Positions 8,485 through 19,104 of a stretch of DNA of 64,000 nucleotides are shown here, piece by piece; position 1 is the stretch's first letter; each line of letters starts with the position of its first letter. The DNA comes from an uncultured virus (IMG/VR IMGVR_UViG_2684622643_000005) (taxonomy: Duplodnaviria > Heunggongvirae > Uroviricota > Caudoviricetes). The DNA lies in IMG/VR virus record IMGVR_UViG_2684622643_000005, positions 1 through 64,000 of that record. One strand, 5' to 3'. The translations under genes were made by a program, and so were the position numbers. The notes under the pieces are model-generated. The model did not search any database. It saw only the letters and a list, made by a program, of their open reading frames with translations, and had not been told where the DNA came from.

Positions 8485-11400
8485 ACGTCAAGATTCCCGA
8501 TCTGGACTCGAAGCACCAAGTTTCCGTCATACACTTTTATTGCCTCTGCCGTCTGGCGCATAAACCCTCCCGACGTTGCGCTGTTCATTGTGAACGCGCC
8601 GCCCTTATCCAACTTCCATAGCGGCTCGCCGTTGGCACCGAGGGCGGTCGACTGAATCACGTTGCCGATCTTCGCGTTCGTAATCGAACCGTCCTGAATC
8701 ATCGCGTTGTTGATGAACATCTGGCCTCCGACGATCGAGACCGGCGCCACGGTCTGCCCGCTGGAACTGTTGAACCAGAGGAACCGATCAGCCTGGAACG
8801 CCATGGTCGTCACGCTCGTACCGCTGTCGAAGCCCAGTTGCCAGCCAGCGGCGTACTTCTGGCCATTGGCATGCGCCTGGAGCTTCACGCTGTAGAGCGC
8901 CTTGACGTTTCCATCCAGCGAGGTAACCGCTTGAGATGTGGTCTGGATGTTCGCCTCGTTGGTATCGGTGCGCGCACTGACGGTATCCATCCGCTGCCCC
9001 AGGGCGCTGTCCGCGTTGGCGCGGACGGTCTGTTCGGTGCTGATGGCCGAGGCGTTGCTCGCAACCTGGCCGGATAGCTGATCCAGCCGCTGGACGGTCA
9101 CGGCATTGTTCGACGCAACGACCGACTCCACGGTGGCGATCCTGCCCTCCGCGGTCCCGGTACGCGCTTCAAGCAAGCTCGTCCGCTTCGCCTGCGCTTC
9201 GTCCTCGTTCGCCCGCACGGTGACTTCGGTGGCGGCTCGAGCAATGGTGTCCCAGCCCTTCAGCGCATCGGCCTTCTCTCCGGTCGCCGGCTCCCGGCGG
9301 GCGGCAGCCTGCAGAACATCCAGGCTCGAAGCCGCCGCTTCGACCTTACCGTCGAGCTCGGTGATATCCGCGGTGTTGGTGGCCACCTGCTGGGCCAGGC
9401 CGTTGGCCGTCTCGATCGACTGTCCGATGTCGGCCCAGTAGGTCGCGTTCGGCGGCGAGGCGTTGAGCGGCACCGTCTGCTTCGCTTGATACAGCCGGTT
9501 GCCGACCCGCACGATATCGTTCTTCGCGTAGGTCTTCGTCGGGTCGTAGGCCAGCACATCGGTCAGATTGTCGATCTGGTCCTGCAGGCCACTGATATCG
9601 ACCTGCATCTGATCGATTTCGGCGAAGAACTGCTCGCCCAGCGCGGACTCGACGTACTCCTTGGTGATCAGCTCGTTGTACTCGCTCGCATCCGTCGAGC
9701 TTATGCCGTCGACCCAGGCCGACCAGGGGCCGACGTTGCCGGTCCTGTCGATCAGCCGCCCGCGGAAGGCCAGGCGAGCGCCGGCCGCCAGCGAGGTCAG
9801 CGTGTGGGTATCGGTCGGGTATGCAAACAAGCCCAGGGCAGTTGCGTTCTGTTCGCTGCCGCCTGGGGTAACCGACTGTTGGATCTCGGTGTAGGCGGTG
9901 TCCGCCGCACCACTGGCCGGGAATCCCCACTCCAGGCCGATCTTCCACGGTCCGCTGGTGGTACGCAGGAACGCCAGCGCCGGCGGCGCGCCGGTCTTGC
10001 CAGTTATGTTGGTCAACACCGAGTTCGCCGGGATCGACGACACGTTCATGGAGTTAACGGCGCGCACACGCGCAAGGTATTGGCCGGTGTATACCCCGCG
10101 GACCTCGACCATCAGTTCACCCGTACGCGGTACCTTGACCCACTCGCGCGATCCCCAGCGCCACTCTACATCGTACGCTACCGCGCCCGGTGCCGCGTCC
10201 CAGGCGATGGTCATGATAGTGACCGCCAGGCCTTGCTCGAACGCGATGTGCTGCGAGATCAACACGCGCGCAGGCGGATCTTGCACGCCGGATGGGAGGA
10301 CGCTGATCGGTCGAGAGTCGATGATCGCCCCGTGATCAATCGCATCAAACTTGCCGGGCTCGTGCTGGATAACCTCAAGCTGGAATTGCTCCCAACTTGG
10401 TCTGGTCACGTTCTTGACGTAGAACTGCATCAGGGCCAGGTCGTCGTAGTCGATCGCCCAGCCGCTCTCGGGGAAAGGCTCTTCGCTGAAGTCAGCCACC
10501 ACCGTTATGACGCGCCCATCCAGGCCTTGAATCGCTCTGGCTTCCGAGCGCCCGCTGGGCAAGTTGACCCGCAGTCGCGCGCCGACCGGGATATCCACAT
10601 CTCGGTCCACGGTGATCGCTCGCCCTGATACCGCCGAGATCCTGCCGCCGTTCGCACGACCGGCAAGCATGGGGTCTGCCAGAGCCACCACCTGCCCGGG
10701 GCGAGGGATGAATCCATCCAGGCCAACCTTCCAGACGGCACCACGAGTCTGCAACTGCTCAGTCATAAGCGCCCACTGCCCCGCCCGCTGCGCCTGACCC
10801 TGGCTGGTGCAGCCAAGAGCCCCGACCGATACCTCCCTGACGATCCCGCCAAGCTCGACAATCGCATCCTCGTCGAAGACCGGCTCCTTGTCTGTCTCGA
10901 ACGCATTGGCAGGATTGTCCCAAGAGACCATCGCCAGCGAATGGCGGTCTCGCGTCCGCGTTCCCGAGTACGCAACCACGCCATCGTTCAGAATCTGCGA
11001 AGCGGTGTAGGTGTAAACGGGGTCCTGCGGCATATCGGCGTTGACAGTGATCTGGCTACCATCCCAGAACGCCAACCCATGAAAGATTGCAGCGAGATCC
11101 TGAAGAACGGCATACGCCTCCTCTTGCTTCTGAAGATAGAGGTTGCAAGTGAACCGTGGCTCTTGACCGCCCTTCCCGTCCGGCACCAGCTGGTCGCAAT
11201 ACTGCGCAATGCGATAGAGGGCCCAACGGTTGACCATGCTCTGGTCGATGCGCTCGCCCAGGCCGTAATAGGGGTTCAACACCAGGTCATAGAAGACCCA
11301 GGCCGGATTGTTGGAATAAGCCTCCTTGAAGGTGCCGTCCCAAACGCCATTCGTGGTACCGGGGCCGCCGGTAAAATAGGTCCGAGTCTCAGGGTCATAG

Positions 11401-12188
11401 TTCATCGGGACCCGCACGATCCGCCCGCGCATGAGCGCAGAGAACTTCGGAAAGTCGCCCCCGAACTGCTGGGCGTCATACTCCACGCAGCCAAGGGCGG
11501 TGAGCGGAAACTCCTGGTTGCTGTCGACAACTTCAGCTATCGCAGTCAGCACCATGGTGTCCTGGACCAGAGAGCTGTTCGCCTCCGGCGTGATCCTCCG
11601 CACGCGTACCGCCCAGTGCCCTCCTGCCGGCAGGTTGATCCGGTGGGATCGGTAGTAGGTCGTAACGTTCTTCCGGTCGACAAACGTGCTGAGTACAGTC
11701 TGGTAAGGAGCGCCGTCCGTGGCGACATCGATCGCGTACTCAATGCGCACCCCATTGATGTTCCCGGACGAGTCCTGCGCCTGCAGGTTGGGCCAGGACA
11801 GGCGCACGCGTACCGCATCCGCCGTAGCGTTCGTGACGGTGTAGATGTAGGGCTGCGTGCTGAGCAAGGTCTGGCCCACCGCAATCTCGTTGCTGGATTC
11901 CGCTACGCCCTCTAGTCGCTCCTGATTTAACTCACCTGGACGAAACTGCCACTTCACGTCGGGGTAGTTCAGCGTCCCGTCTTCGGCCTGGATCGGAGTG
12001 CCATCAAGCTTGATCGACTTGAGCCCATTGACTGGGCCAACAATCGGTCCCCAGCTCAGGAGATACACGATCCGAGCAGTGGACAGGGAGGCAACGCCGT
12101 TCTGGGCAATGTGCGGCTGCTTCGGCTTGGAACTGCCCCCCTTGCTTCCACGCAAAGGCTGATGGCGTTTTTTGGTCACAACAGACAT
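8481..12188 (-). CDS. Central tail fibre / tip attachment protein (lambda J-like)
   Basis: 1235 aa; NNPAWVFYDL, EPRFTCN, FN3-like and coiled-coil segments, IQDGSITNAKIG C-terminus. Confidence 0.93.
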   Translation of the reverse strand: MSVVTKKRHQPLRGSKGGSSKPKQPHIAQNGVASLSTARIVYLLSWGPIVGPVNGLKSIKLDGTPIQAEDGTLNYPDVKWQFRPGELNQERLEGVAESSNEIAVGQTLLSTQPYIYTVTNATADAVRVRLSWPNLQAQDSSGNINGVRIEYAIDVATDGAPYQTVLSTFVDRKNVTTYYRSHRINLPAGGHWAVRVRRITPEANSSLVQDTMVLTAIAEVVDSNQEFPLTALGCVEYDAQQFGGDFPKFSALMRGRIVRVPMNYDPETRTYFTGGPGTTNGVWDGTFKEAYSNNPAWVFYDLVLNPYYGLGERIDQSMVNRWALYRIAQYCDQLVPDGKGGQEPRFTCNLYLQKQEEAYAVLQDLAAIFHGLAFWDGSQITVNADMPQDPVYTYTASQILNDGVVAYSGTRTRDRHSLAMVSWDNPANAFETDKEPVFDEDAIVELGGIVREVSVGALGCTSQGQAQRAGQWALMTEQLQTRGAVWKVGLDGFIPRPGQVVALADPMLAGRANGGRISAVSGRAITVDRDVDIPVGARLRVNLPSGRSEARAIQGLDGRVITVVADFSEEPFPESGWAIDYDDLALMQFYVKNVTRPSWEQFQLEVIQHEPGKFDAIDHGAIIDSRPISVLPSGVQDPPARVLISQHIAFEQGLAVTIMTIAWDAAPGAVAYDVEWRWGSREWVKVPRTGELMVEVRGVYTGQYLARVRAVNSMNVSSIPANSVLTNITGKTGAPPALAFLRTTSGPWKIGLEWGFPASGAADTAYTEIQQSVTPGGSEQNATALGLFAYPTDTHTLTSLAAGARLAFRGRLIDRTGNVGPWSAWVDGISSTDASEYNELITKEYVESALGEQFFAEIDQMQVDISGLQDQIDNLTDVLAYDPTKTYAKNDIVRVGNRLYQAKQTVPLNASPPNATYWADIGQSIETANGLAQQVATNTADITELDGKVEAAASSLDVLQAAARREPATGEKADALKGWDTIARAATEVTVRANEDEAQAKRTSLLEARTGTAEGRIATVESVVASNNAVTVQRLDQLSGQVASNASAISTEQTVRANADSALGQRMDTVSARTDTNEANIQTTSQAVTSLDGNVKALYSVKLQAHANGQKYAAGWQLGFDSGTSVTTMAFQADRFLWFNSSSGQTVAPVSIVGGQMFINNAMIQDGSITNAKIGNVIQSTALGANGEPLWKLDKGGAFTMNSATSGGFMRQTAEAIKVYDGNLVLRVQIGNLDV

Positions 12189-12243
12189 TTTCGGTCTCCA
12201 GAAACAAGAAACCCCGCCGAAGCGGGGTCTGGCAGCAGTCGTG

Positions 12244-12822
12244 CTAGAGCTGGTCTTCCGTGTAAACCCCGCCCGACTCGACGGCGCCGCCGATCTCTCG
12301 CTCGCCGTAAAGCACTGGGTATGGGTTGCCCTGAGCGATAGTGGTCATGGCACCACCGAATCCATAGCTCGGGTTATTCCCATCCTCGTTCTTCGCGGCG
12401 GAAGCCTGAGTTGACGGGGCCAGCATCTGGGCAACTCCGCCGAGTGCCAGGCCGGCGCCGCCAGCCATCATTGCAACGCCTATTGCCGAAGTGGTGCCGA
12501 ACGTGAAATAGCCCGCCACGACCAACGCCGCCCCCAGGACCGTCTGAAAAATCCCGGAACTCTTGCTGCCCTGGATGACTGGAACGATGCGGATGACCGA
12601 CTCGCCGGCTCCGGCCAGGTCAAGTTCCTCTTCGCGAAGATTTCGCCTCCCTACGAAGACCGCAAACCGCATCCCACGCTCTTCTGCGGTTCGCATGAAC
12701 TTCTCGAAACCATCTACCATGCTGGCCAGGGCAATGGTGGCCTCTCGCGGCCCTGACACATCGAGCACATACTCACGGCCAAATTCACGGCGCAACGCGC
12801 CATACAGGCGGATGGTCTTCAT
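12244..12822 (-). CDS. Tail assembly protein (lambda I-like)
   Basis: IRLYGAL, IRIVPVIQGSK, QGNPYPVLYG. Confidence 0.9.
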   Translation of the reverse strand: MKTIRLYGALRREFGREYVLDVSGPREATIALASMVDGFEKFMRTAEERGMRFAVFVGRRNLREEELDLAGAGESVIRIVPVIQGSKSSGIFQTVLGAALVVAGYFTFGTTSAIGVAMMAGGAGLALGGVAQMLAPSTQASAAKNEDGNNPSYGFGGAMTTIAQGNPYPVLYGEREIGGAVESGGVYTEDQL

Positions 12823-13601
12823 TCAGAGAAGTCCTTGTGACGAAGGATCAGCCGGAGCCTGTTGGCCATGGACCAGCCATAGATTTCGCGTGCAGCCGCG
12901 CGACCCGCCATGTGGTGATAGATGAACGGCCCTGATCCGCCCAGCGCCGGGGCCTCTTCGCTTCGCAAATGAGGTTCAGCACCAAGGTAGATCGCGGCAT
13001 GGTTCGGGTGATGGCAAGGCCGCCCCGGAGTTGGCACTTGAAACACCAACATGTCCCCTCGCCGCAGGTCGTCAACGCGATAGAAGCCGGCCCTCTCGTA
13101 ATTGTCCTCGTACAGGCTTGAGCCTTCCTTGTCCTCCCACCAAAGGTCCTTGCGCTCAAAGTTCGGCAGCGTCAACCCAGCTTCTCGCTCGTACCAATCC
13201 CTGCAGGCCCCCCAGCAGTCGAGCAAGCCGTGGGAAAACTCTCGACCAAGCAACGGAGCACGATAACCGGAGGGCTTGAACCAAAGCATCTCCCCGCTCG
13301 GCAGACCGATGATGCCCCACGGCAATCCGTGAAGCTCACAACTGACCCTGTCAGCCATGCTCGGGGTGGGAGCCTTGTCCGGATGGCTATGAATGACGGC
13401 AATCACTTCGCCGCGGTCCTCTGCTGCCGCGTAGTCCCGGTGATCCATGACGAAGTTTTCGCGATCACTGACCGCCAGGTTGCCACAAGGCACGTATTCT
13501 CGGCCGCTGTCGGTCTTGAGCAATACGCCACACGCCTCGCTCGGGTAGACGCTTTCGGCGTGCGCCAGGATCTGACACTGCAGCTTTTGACTGATGCGCA
13601 T
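12819..13601 (-). CDS. Tail assembly protein (lambda K-like, JAB + NlpC/P60)
   Basis: EACG, HSHP JAB motif, DCW and NHAAIY. Confidence 0.9.
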   Translation of the reverse strand: MRISQKLQCQILAHAESVYPSEACGVLLKTDSGREYVPCGNLAVSDRENFVMDHRDYAAAEDRGEVIAVIHSHPDKAPTPSMADRVSCELHGLPWGIIGLPSGEMLWFKPSGYRAPLLGREFSHGLLDCWGACRDWYEREAGLTLPNFERKDLWWEDKEGSSLYEDNYERAGFYRVDDLRRGDMLVFQVPTPGRPCHHPNHAAIYLGAEPHLRSEEAPALGGSGPFIYHHMAGRAAAREIYGWSMANRLRLILRHKDFSE

Positions 13602-13603
13602 GC

Positions 13604-14305
13604 TTACCTCGACGAAACGATCAAACTTGCCCCCAAGGAACCGCCGAAGCGGTTGGTATTGCCACGCAGCTTGCAACTGCTCCAGCGGCCACCACACCGG
13701 TCGAGAGCTGGGTTGTCGGTAGGCTCGTCTTTCTTCGTGAAGAGGGCTGCGCCGGTATAACCACAAGCCTCTCCACGGTACTGACCTCGGCACGCCCATC
13801 TACAAAGCTTGGTGATCTGCTGGGCCGGCAGCATCTGACCCTCCATGTCGATGGGGCTACTGAGCGCGAATGTGACTTGATCCCGGGTTTCCTCGGTCTT
13901 CTGCTCAATGAACCAGATGCCCACTCGAGCCTCGTCGGCTGCATCGGGGTTGCCATCAGGGAAGTTCGCGGCATCCAGATAGTGCCGCCAAGTCTCGATC
14001 ACCCGCACCCTGGCGCCACAGAGGTCTCGCAACTGAAGGCAGATGGCCGATATCGCTCCTCGAATGCCGGCGAGTTCGTTTGCCAGTTGGAGGGTCGGCG
14101 ACGCGGGTCGACCATCGCCGCGGATATCAAAGCCTTTTGCGGTGATTTGGATCGGCTCGTACACATTGCCCTGCCAGACGATTTCCCCTTCCTGGGCGTG
14201 ACCATGGAATCGCCAGAGATTTCCGCCAAGGCGCGTCGCATCCACCTCAAACAGCCGGATCAGGTTCCCCGGCTCAAGCTTCTGCACATCAGCATTGAAG
14301 GCCAT
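13604..14305 (-). CDS. Minor tail protein (lambda L-like)
   Basis: YLDAANFPDGNPDAD and C-terminal four-Cys motif. Confidence 0.9.
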   Translation of the reverse strand: MAFNADVQKLEPGNLIRLFEVDATRLGGNLWRFHGHAQEGEIVWQGNVYEPIQITAKGFDIRGDGRPASPTLQLANELAGIRGAISAICLQLRDLCGARVRVIETWRHYLDAANFPDGNPDAADEARVGIWFIEQKTEETRDQVTFALSSPIDMEGQMLPAQQITKLCRWACRGQYRGEACGYTGAALFTKKDEPTDNPALDRCGGRWSSCKLRGNTNRFGGSLGASLIVSSR

Positions 14306-14500
14306 GTTTTCTCCAGATATGAAAAAGCCCGCAACAGGGCGGGCTGGAAGGTTGTACAGCGTGGATGAAATGCCAGTGGCAGCCGCCCTACCGGGGTAGT
14401 AGCGTCGTGCCTTCATGCAAGGGTTTCCCGACCCTGAGCGTGCCGGCCCAGGGATCGGGAGGCGCCAATGTCGGCGCGGTTAAAGACCTAGGAGGTCGAA

Positions 14501-14737
14501 ATGAGCGTTAATCTGGAACAACGTATATCAGCAATTGAAGCCATTTTTGCCACGCATGCCTCAGCCAACACTAATGCGATTATCGAGCTCATCAGTGCCG
14601 TGAAGGAAATTCCAGGATTCGAGGCGGCATCACTTAAGAAGGGGCTGCTTGATGCTCGATCGGTAAGCATCGAAGGCGGAAGCCAAGAGCATTACAACCA
14701 ACTAATCGACAACTTCATAGAAGCTATTGAGAGATAA
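14501..14737 (+). CDS. Hypothetical moron protein, antisense to the tail operon
   Basis: AGGAGG RBS, lower GC, between tail M and L. Confidence 0.7.
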   Translation: MSVNLEQRISAIEAIFATHASANTNAIIELISAVKEIPGFEAASLKKGLLDARSVSIEGGSQEHYNQLIDNFIEAIER

Positions 14738-14877
14738 GCTTAATACCGGCCATATATCTCCCTGACTTATCGAAAAGGATGCGATATTGAAGCTTCTTTT
14801 CTTTGCCATCCTTTTCGGTTTTTCCTGCTTCTCTGCTCATAATTTTCTCCCGCGGCATAGCCGCTCATGGTTGGTTG

Positions 14878-15225
14878 TTACGGGTAGAAGACCTGAACGA
14901 ACGTGAAGCCCAGTTCGTACAGGCCTCCCCCCAACGGCCTCAGTTTGTATCCATTGCACCGGTATCGACCCTGTACGCCGCCAGGGGGTGTCCATAGGAA
15001 CGACTTATACCCCTCGTGCCGGTCCAAAAATGCGCGGGCGCCCAGGAGATCATCACCAGCCTCCAGGCGCCCGATGATCGTCATCCCATCCCAGGTCTCG
15101 GATCTGGTGTTGATCCCCGTTCCGCCGGACTGAACGTATCCATCCCCGAAGTCGTTCTGCCAGGTGCGCTGGGCAATCTCGCCGGCAGTTCCAAGGCGGG
15201 TGCAGTAAGAAAAGGTCTCAGCCAC
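14878..15225 (-). CDS. Minor tail protein (lambda M-like)
   Basis: FGDGYVQ, FLDRHEGYKSFLWTPP. Confidence 0.9.
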   Translation of the reverse strand: MAETFSYCTRLGTAGEIAQRTWQNDFGDGYVQSGGTGINTRSETWDGMTIIGRLEAGDDLLGARAFLDRHEGYKSFLWTPPGGVQGRYRCNGYKLRPLGGGLYELGFTFVQVFYP

Positions 15226-18200
15226 TTATCGCCTCCAAAGCAGACCGTTCTGCCCCAACTCTTCCCGAATGACGCTCCGGACCTCCTCCCGCAAGGCCAG
15301 CCCGGCAGCCTCTCCCTGCATTCGAGCTTCCTCTTGGCTCATGCCCGGCTGGGCATTAACCGTGACCGGAGCGTTGATAGTGATCGACGGCACCTGTCCA
15401 GCCCCAGCACTCGCGCCGCCCGCCCTGCTGAGGAAATCAGTCAGATCCCTGTTTTGGTTCGGGCTGAGCACCCGCTCACCAGCATCAAGCAGCCAGGTAC
15501 TCTCCTTCGGGATGTTGTCGATGCCGCCGTGCGCGATGCCCGCGAAGGCCGCCGAAGAAACTCCAGCAACCATTGGCGCGGTAGCTGCGGCAGCAGCCGC
15601 AGCAGCACCAGCAGCAAGGCCAGGGCCAACAATCGGGATAGCAGCCGTCGAGGCAAACGCTGCTAGCTGTGCCTGGAACGCCGTTGCCTGAGCATTGGCG
15701 ACCAGCCCGATTGCCGCAGTCGATTGAGCCGTCTTCCCTACGACCAACTGCACCGCCTGGTAGACCAGCCACTGGGCGGCCATGTCAGCCAGGGCCTTGA
15801 TGACCGACTTAGCCAGGTCCGCAGCCATGTCACCGAACGCATCTCCAAGGCTCTTGGTCCGCGTGACGATATCGGTGATTGCATCACCCAAGCCGTTGGT
15901 AGCATCGCCAAGGGCGCCAGACACGAAGTCAGAGGCCTGCTTCGAGTAGTTCTGTGCATCCTCCACGTAGGTTTCCCATGCGGAGCGGGCTCCGGACACC
16001 CAGTCCCCCTGAGCCTCAAGTCGAGCATCGTAGTTTGCCTGCAACTGCTCCAGCATTTGCTCATGGTGCTTCTGTTGAGCCTGGAGCTCTTGCTGGTACT
16101 CGTCGTCGCTCATCCCGACCGATCTGTCTGCGTAGCGGTCGGCAAGATCCCTGCGGGCCTTGGCGTAGCGATCATTTTCCTCGTTCAGCTTGTCGAACAG
16201 CCCCCTCTGGCTATCGCTCATCCCCATCCCGAGGATTTCGCGTTGCCCTTCGAGCTTGAGATTGCCCAAGCTCTCGTCCATCGCGGACTTGATCTCTCTG
16301 AGCCGCTTCACGAACGGATTGGCCGCGTCCACTGCGGAGTTGAACGACTTGGCCGCCCACTCGATTCCCTTCGCATACTCCTGGCTCGTGACCTTTCCCC
16401 TGTCCTTCAGGGTGTTGAGGGCCTCGATGTTCTTCCTGTACTCATCCGTCGCAGTCGCGGTAGGGTCGATCTCCTTCTTGAGGTCCAGATACCGCTCCTC
16501 AGCCTGCTTCAGCCCCTTCGCAGAGTCCTTCAACAGGTCCTTCTGGGACTTGGTCGAGGCATTCGCCTTGTCCACGGCTGCGGCATAGTCCAGGGCGCGA
16601 TTTTCATCGTCAGGACTTAGCTTCAGGATGCCAGCGCTGATCTGGGCGCGGAGCTTCTCTACCTCGGTCAGCTTGCCAGCGACAACACTCTGCTTCTGCA
16701 AATTATCCAGATAGCTCGCGCCAGCCTTATCCGAAGCGAACCTTGCACCGTCCAGTTCTCGCTGTGTCTTCTGGATGGCAAGGCGCAAGGACTCTGCTTT
16801 CTCCTTTGCCTCGTCCAGAGAAGGACCAAACGGAACGTCGGTATTGTCGTCAACGCCCTTCTGGAACCGCTCTTGAAGCGCCTCAGCATCCTTCAATTGA
16901 TCCTGAAGGCCCGCCAACTGCTGCTTCAACTGGTCATAGCTGAGCCCGGAAAGATCCTCCGGAATCATCGTCCGAGCTGCCTGGCGGATGCGGGTGGAGG
17001 CGTCTTCGAAAGCATTGGCCGCACGACCAGCATTGCTCTCGGCCTTGTCCCCGAAGTCGACGAAGGACAAGGCTACCATCCCCAGAGAGATGATCAGCCC
17101 CGGCCATCCAGCAGCAATCCTGAGAATCCCCGCGCCTGCTGTTCTCAGGGCATTTAACCCTGCCCCCAAAGCTGTGCTGGCCGCGAACCATCGGCCCATT
17201 GCGGCCGTCGAGGCAGTTTGAGCTGCGGTAAGTTGCAAGTTCGCCGCAGAAAGCGCTTCGGTTGCAGACACTCGCTGAGCAAGGGCTGCAGTAACCGCCT
17301 GCGAGCCCGCCACGGTGGTGGCCGTCAATTGCGCCTCCGCAGCCTGAAGCTGCTTGATGATGGCCGTTTCGGCTAGCCGTAACTCGGCCATTCGAGCGAC
17401 AGACTGCTGTCGGCCAATCTCTGTGATTTGGGCCTTCAGCCGCTGGCCTTCGAGTTCGCGCTCAGCCACAAGCGATGCCTGCACCGCCCGCAAACGAGAG
17501 ATTTCGGAGGCTTGTCGCTCCCGGTCAGCAGCCACCTGCGCACGAGCAGAAGCCACGGCCTGGCGTGCTCTGTCTAACTCGGCAACGGCCTCAGCCTTCA
17601 CCGCCTGGGCGCGTCGCACCTCTCCAGCCGCAGCAACCGACGCGGCATAGGTCTGCTCCTGGGTCACCTTGACGTCTGCGATCTTGGCAGCCGTCGCACC
17701 TACCAGAGCGCCAGCAGTACGTCCGATCGCCAGGTACAGCCCAGTATTCAGGACCTGGACGAAGGACTGCACGTTCGTAGAGTCAAGCGACTTCGACAGG
17801 GAAACCATGGCTTCCGTAAAAGCCTTGGACACCCCGAGAGTGCTATCCAGGCTGCCGATCGCCCTGGTCGCGCTGTTCTCCAGAACTTGAAACGCGCCAG
17901 CGATGGTAGTCTGGGCGCGCGCAAACTGGTCATCAATAGCTCGGGTTTGAGACAGAATCGCCTCGAAGACCTGCTTGGAGGTCAGCTTGCCCTGTTCGCC
18001 AAGCTTTCGAAGGTCTCCAACCGCAACCCCGAGACCGTTTGCGACGGCCTGGGCCAAGCCCGGAGCCTGCTCGAGTACCGAGTTCAACTCCTGGCCTCGG
18101 AGCACGCCAGAGGCAAAGGCCTGTCCGAGTTGCACCAGCGCACCTTCCGCAGCGGCAGCGGAAACACCACTGGCCGACATGGCCTTGCTGATGTTCTGGG

Positions 18201-18615
18201 TCACCTGGACAACTTGCTGTTGATTTACCCCGAGGTCGCCAGTTGAAGCGGCAATCCTCTGGTACAGCTCCGCAGTGCCCTCCAAGGATGACCGCGCATT
18301 CTGAGCGACGGAATACACTGCATCCATCGACTGACTGAACTGAGCCTGACTTTCGCTGACCTGCTTGATGCGGTTCTCAATAGAGACCCAGGCTTGCGAA
18401 TATCCAACAAGCTCTCGGGCGCTCAGATAAGCAGCCGCCGCAACACCAATAGACTTGATAGCGCTAACTGCTGTCGAACTCGCCCGCTGCGTGCTTTGCT
18501 CAATCCGCGCCATGCTGCGCGCAGTGTCTTGGGAGGCGCGATTCATGCTCTGCTGAAATCCCCCAATGCGCGCAATGAGGTCGAGCGTCAGCACACCAAG
18601 GGAGCGAGAGGCCAT
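15226..18615 (-). CDS. Tail tape measure protein
   Basis: 1129 aa, Ala-rich helical; QLGQAFASGVLRGQELNSVLEQAP tape-measure motif. Confidence 0.95.
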   Translation of the reverse strand: MASRSLGVLTLDLIARIGGFQQSMNRASQDTARSMARIEQSTQRASSTAVSAIKSIGVAAAAYLSARELVGYSQAWVSIENRIKQVSESQAQFSQSMDAVYSVAQNARSSLEGTAELYQRIAASTGDLGVNQQQVVQVTQNISKAMSASGVSAAAAEGALVQLGQAFASGVLRGQELNSVLEQAPGLAQAVANGLGVAVGDLRKLGEQGKLTSKQVFEAILSQTRAIDDQFARAQTTIAGAFQVLENSATRAIGSLDSTLGVSKAFTEAMVSLSKSLDSTNVQSFVQVLNTGLYLAIGRTAGALVGATAAKIADVKVTQEQTYAASVAAAGEVRRAQAVKAEAVAELDRARQAVASARAQVAADRERQASEISRLRAVQASLVAERELEGQRLKAQITEIGRQQSVARMAELRLAETAIIKQLQAAEAQLTATTVAGSQAVTAALAQRVSATEALSAANLQLTAAQTASTAAMGRWFAASTALGAGLNALRTAGAGILRIAAGWPGLIISLGMVALSFVDFGDKAESNAGRAANAFEDASTRIRQAARTMIPEDLSGLSYDQLKQQLAGLQDQLKDAEALQERFQKGVDDNTDVPFGPSLDEAKEKAESLRLAIQKTQRELDGARFASDKAGASYLDNLQKQSVVAGKLTEVEKLRAQISAGILKLSPDDENRALDYAAAVDKANASTKSQKDLLKDSAKGLKQAEERYLDLKKEIDPTATATDEYRKNIEALNTLKDRGKVTSQEYAKGIEWAAKSFNSAVDAANPFVKRLREIKSAMDESLGNLKLEGQREILGMGMSDSQRGLFDKLNEENDRYAKARRDLADRYADRSVGMSDDEYQQELQAQQKHHEQMLEQLQANYDARLEAQGDWVSGARSAWETYVEDAQNYSKQASDFVSGALGDATNGLGDAITDIVTRTKSLGDAFGDMAADLAKSVIKALADMAAQWLVYQAVQLVVGKTAQSTAAIGLVANAQATAFQAQLAAFASTAAIPIVGPGLAAGAAAAAAAATAPMVAGVSSAAFAGIAHGGIDNIPKESTWLLDAGERVLSPNQNRDLTDFLSRAGGASAGAGQVPSITINAPVTVNAQPGMSQEEARMQGEAAGLALREEVRSVIREELGQNGLLWRR

Positions 18616-18756
18616 TTAGCTTTTCTCCGGACAATAAAAAACCGCCCGAAGGCGGCTTGCATAGGGATTTTCTACTTCTTCAGATAATCATCCCCATTGA
18701 ATATGATTTTCGGCCAATTTTAGTTTGGCCGATGCCAGTACAGACATGCCCATATC

Positions 18757-19068
18757 TCATATCTCAGACCGACAATGTCGACATAGCTTAGCCTCCTCTC
18801 TGACGGCTTCCGCGCAATATGGGCATTTCTTAAAACCATTCGATATACCGACATCCACTGCAGCCTGACGAGACGAGCGTTCAGATGCTTGCTTATCTTC
18901 CCCTAGAATAAATATAAGAGGTATGGCGATTATCGGAGCGAAGAAACCAAAGACAAACCATAGGGCTATACTTCTTCTGCGAGATGCTGCCAGATACGCA
19001 GAGATTGACGCCAACCAAACCCCGAAAAACAAAATATAAACCCAATTATTATAAACTTCCTCAAACAT
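18757..19068 (-). CDS. Membrane protein with C-terminal zinc ribbon (moron)
   Basis: Two TM segments, KKCPYCAE...CRHC; low GC. Confidence 0.75.
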   Translation of the reverse strand: MFEEVYNNWVYILFFGVWLASISAYLAASRRRSIALWFVFGFFAPIIAIPLIFILGEDKQASERSSRQAAVDVGISNGFKKCPYCAEAVREEAKLCRHCRSEI

Positions 19069-19104
19069 ATCTTACCTGCCGATTAAATCAGAAACTAAAA
19101 CAGC

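Noticed and set aside
9486..11915. Long plus-strand ORFs (380 and 324 aa), and similar ones opposite capsid, portal, terminase and tape measure genes
   Set aside because: Antisense shadows of high-GC genes with no motifs or RBS
14344..14359. Possible LexA box CTGGAAGGTTGTACAG
   Set aside because: Has CTG-N10-CAG spacing but a poor left half-site and a non-AT-rich core
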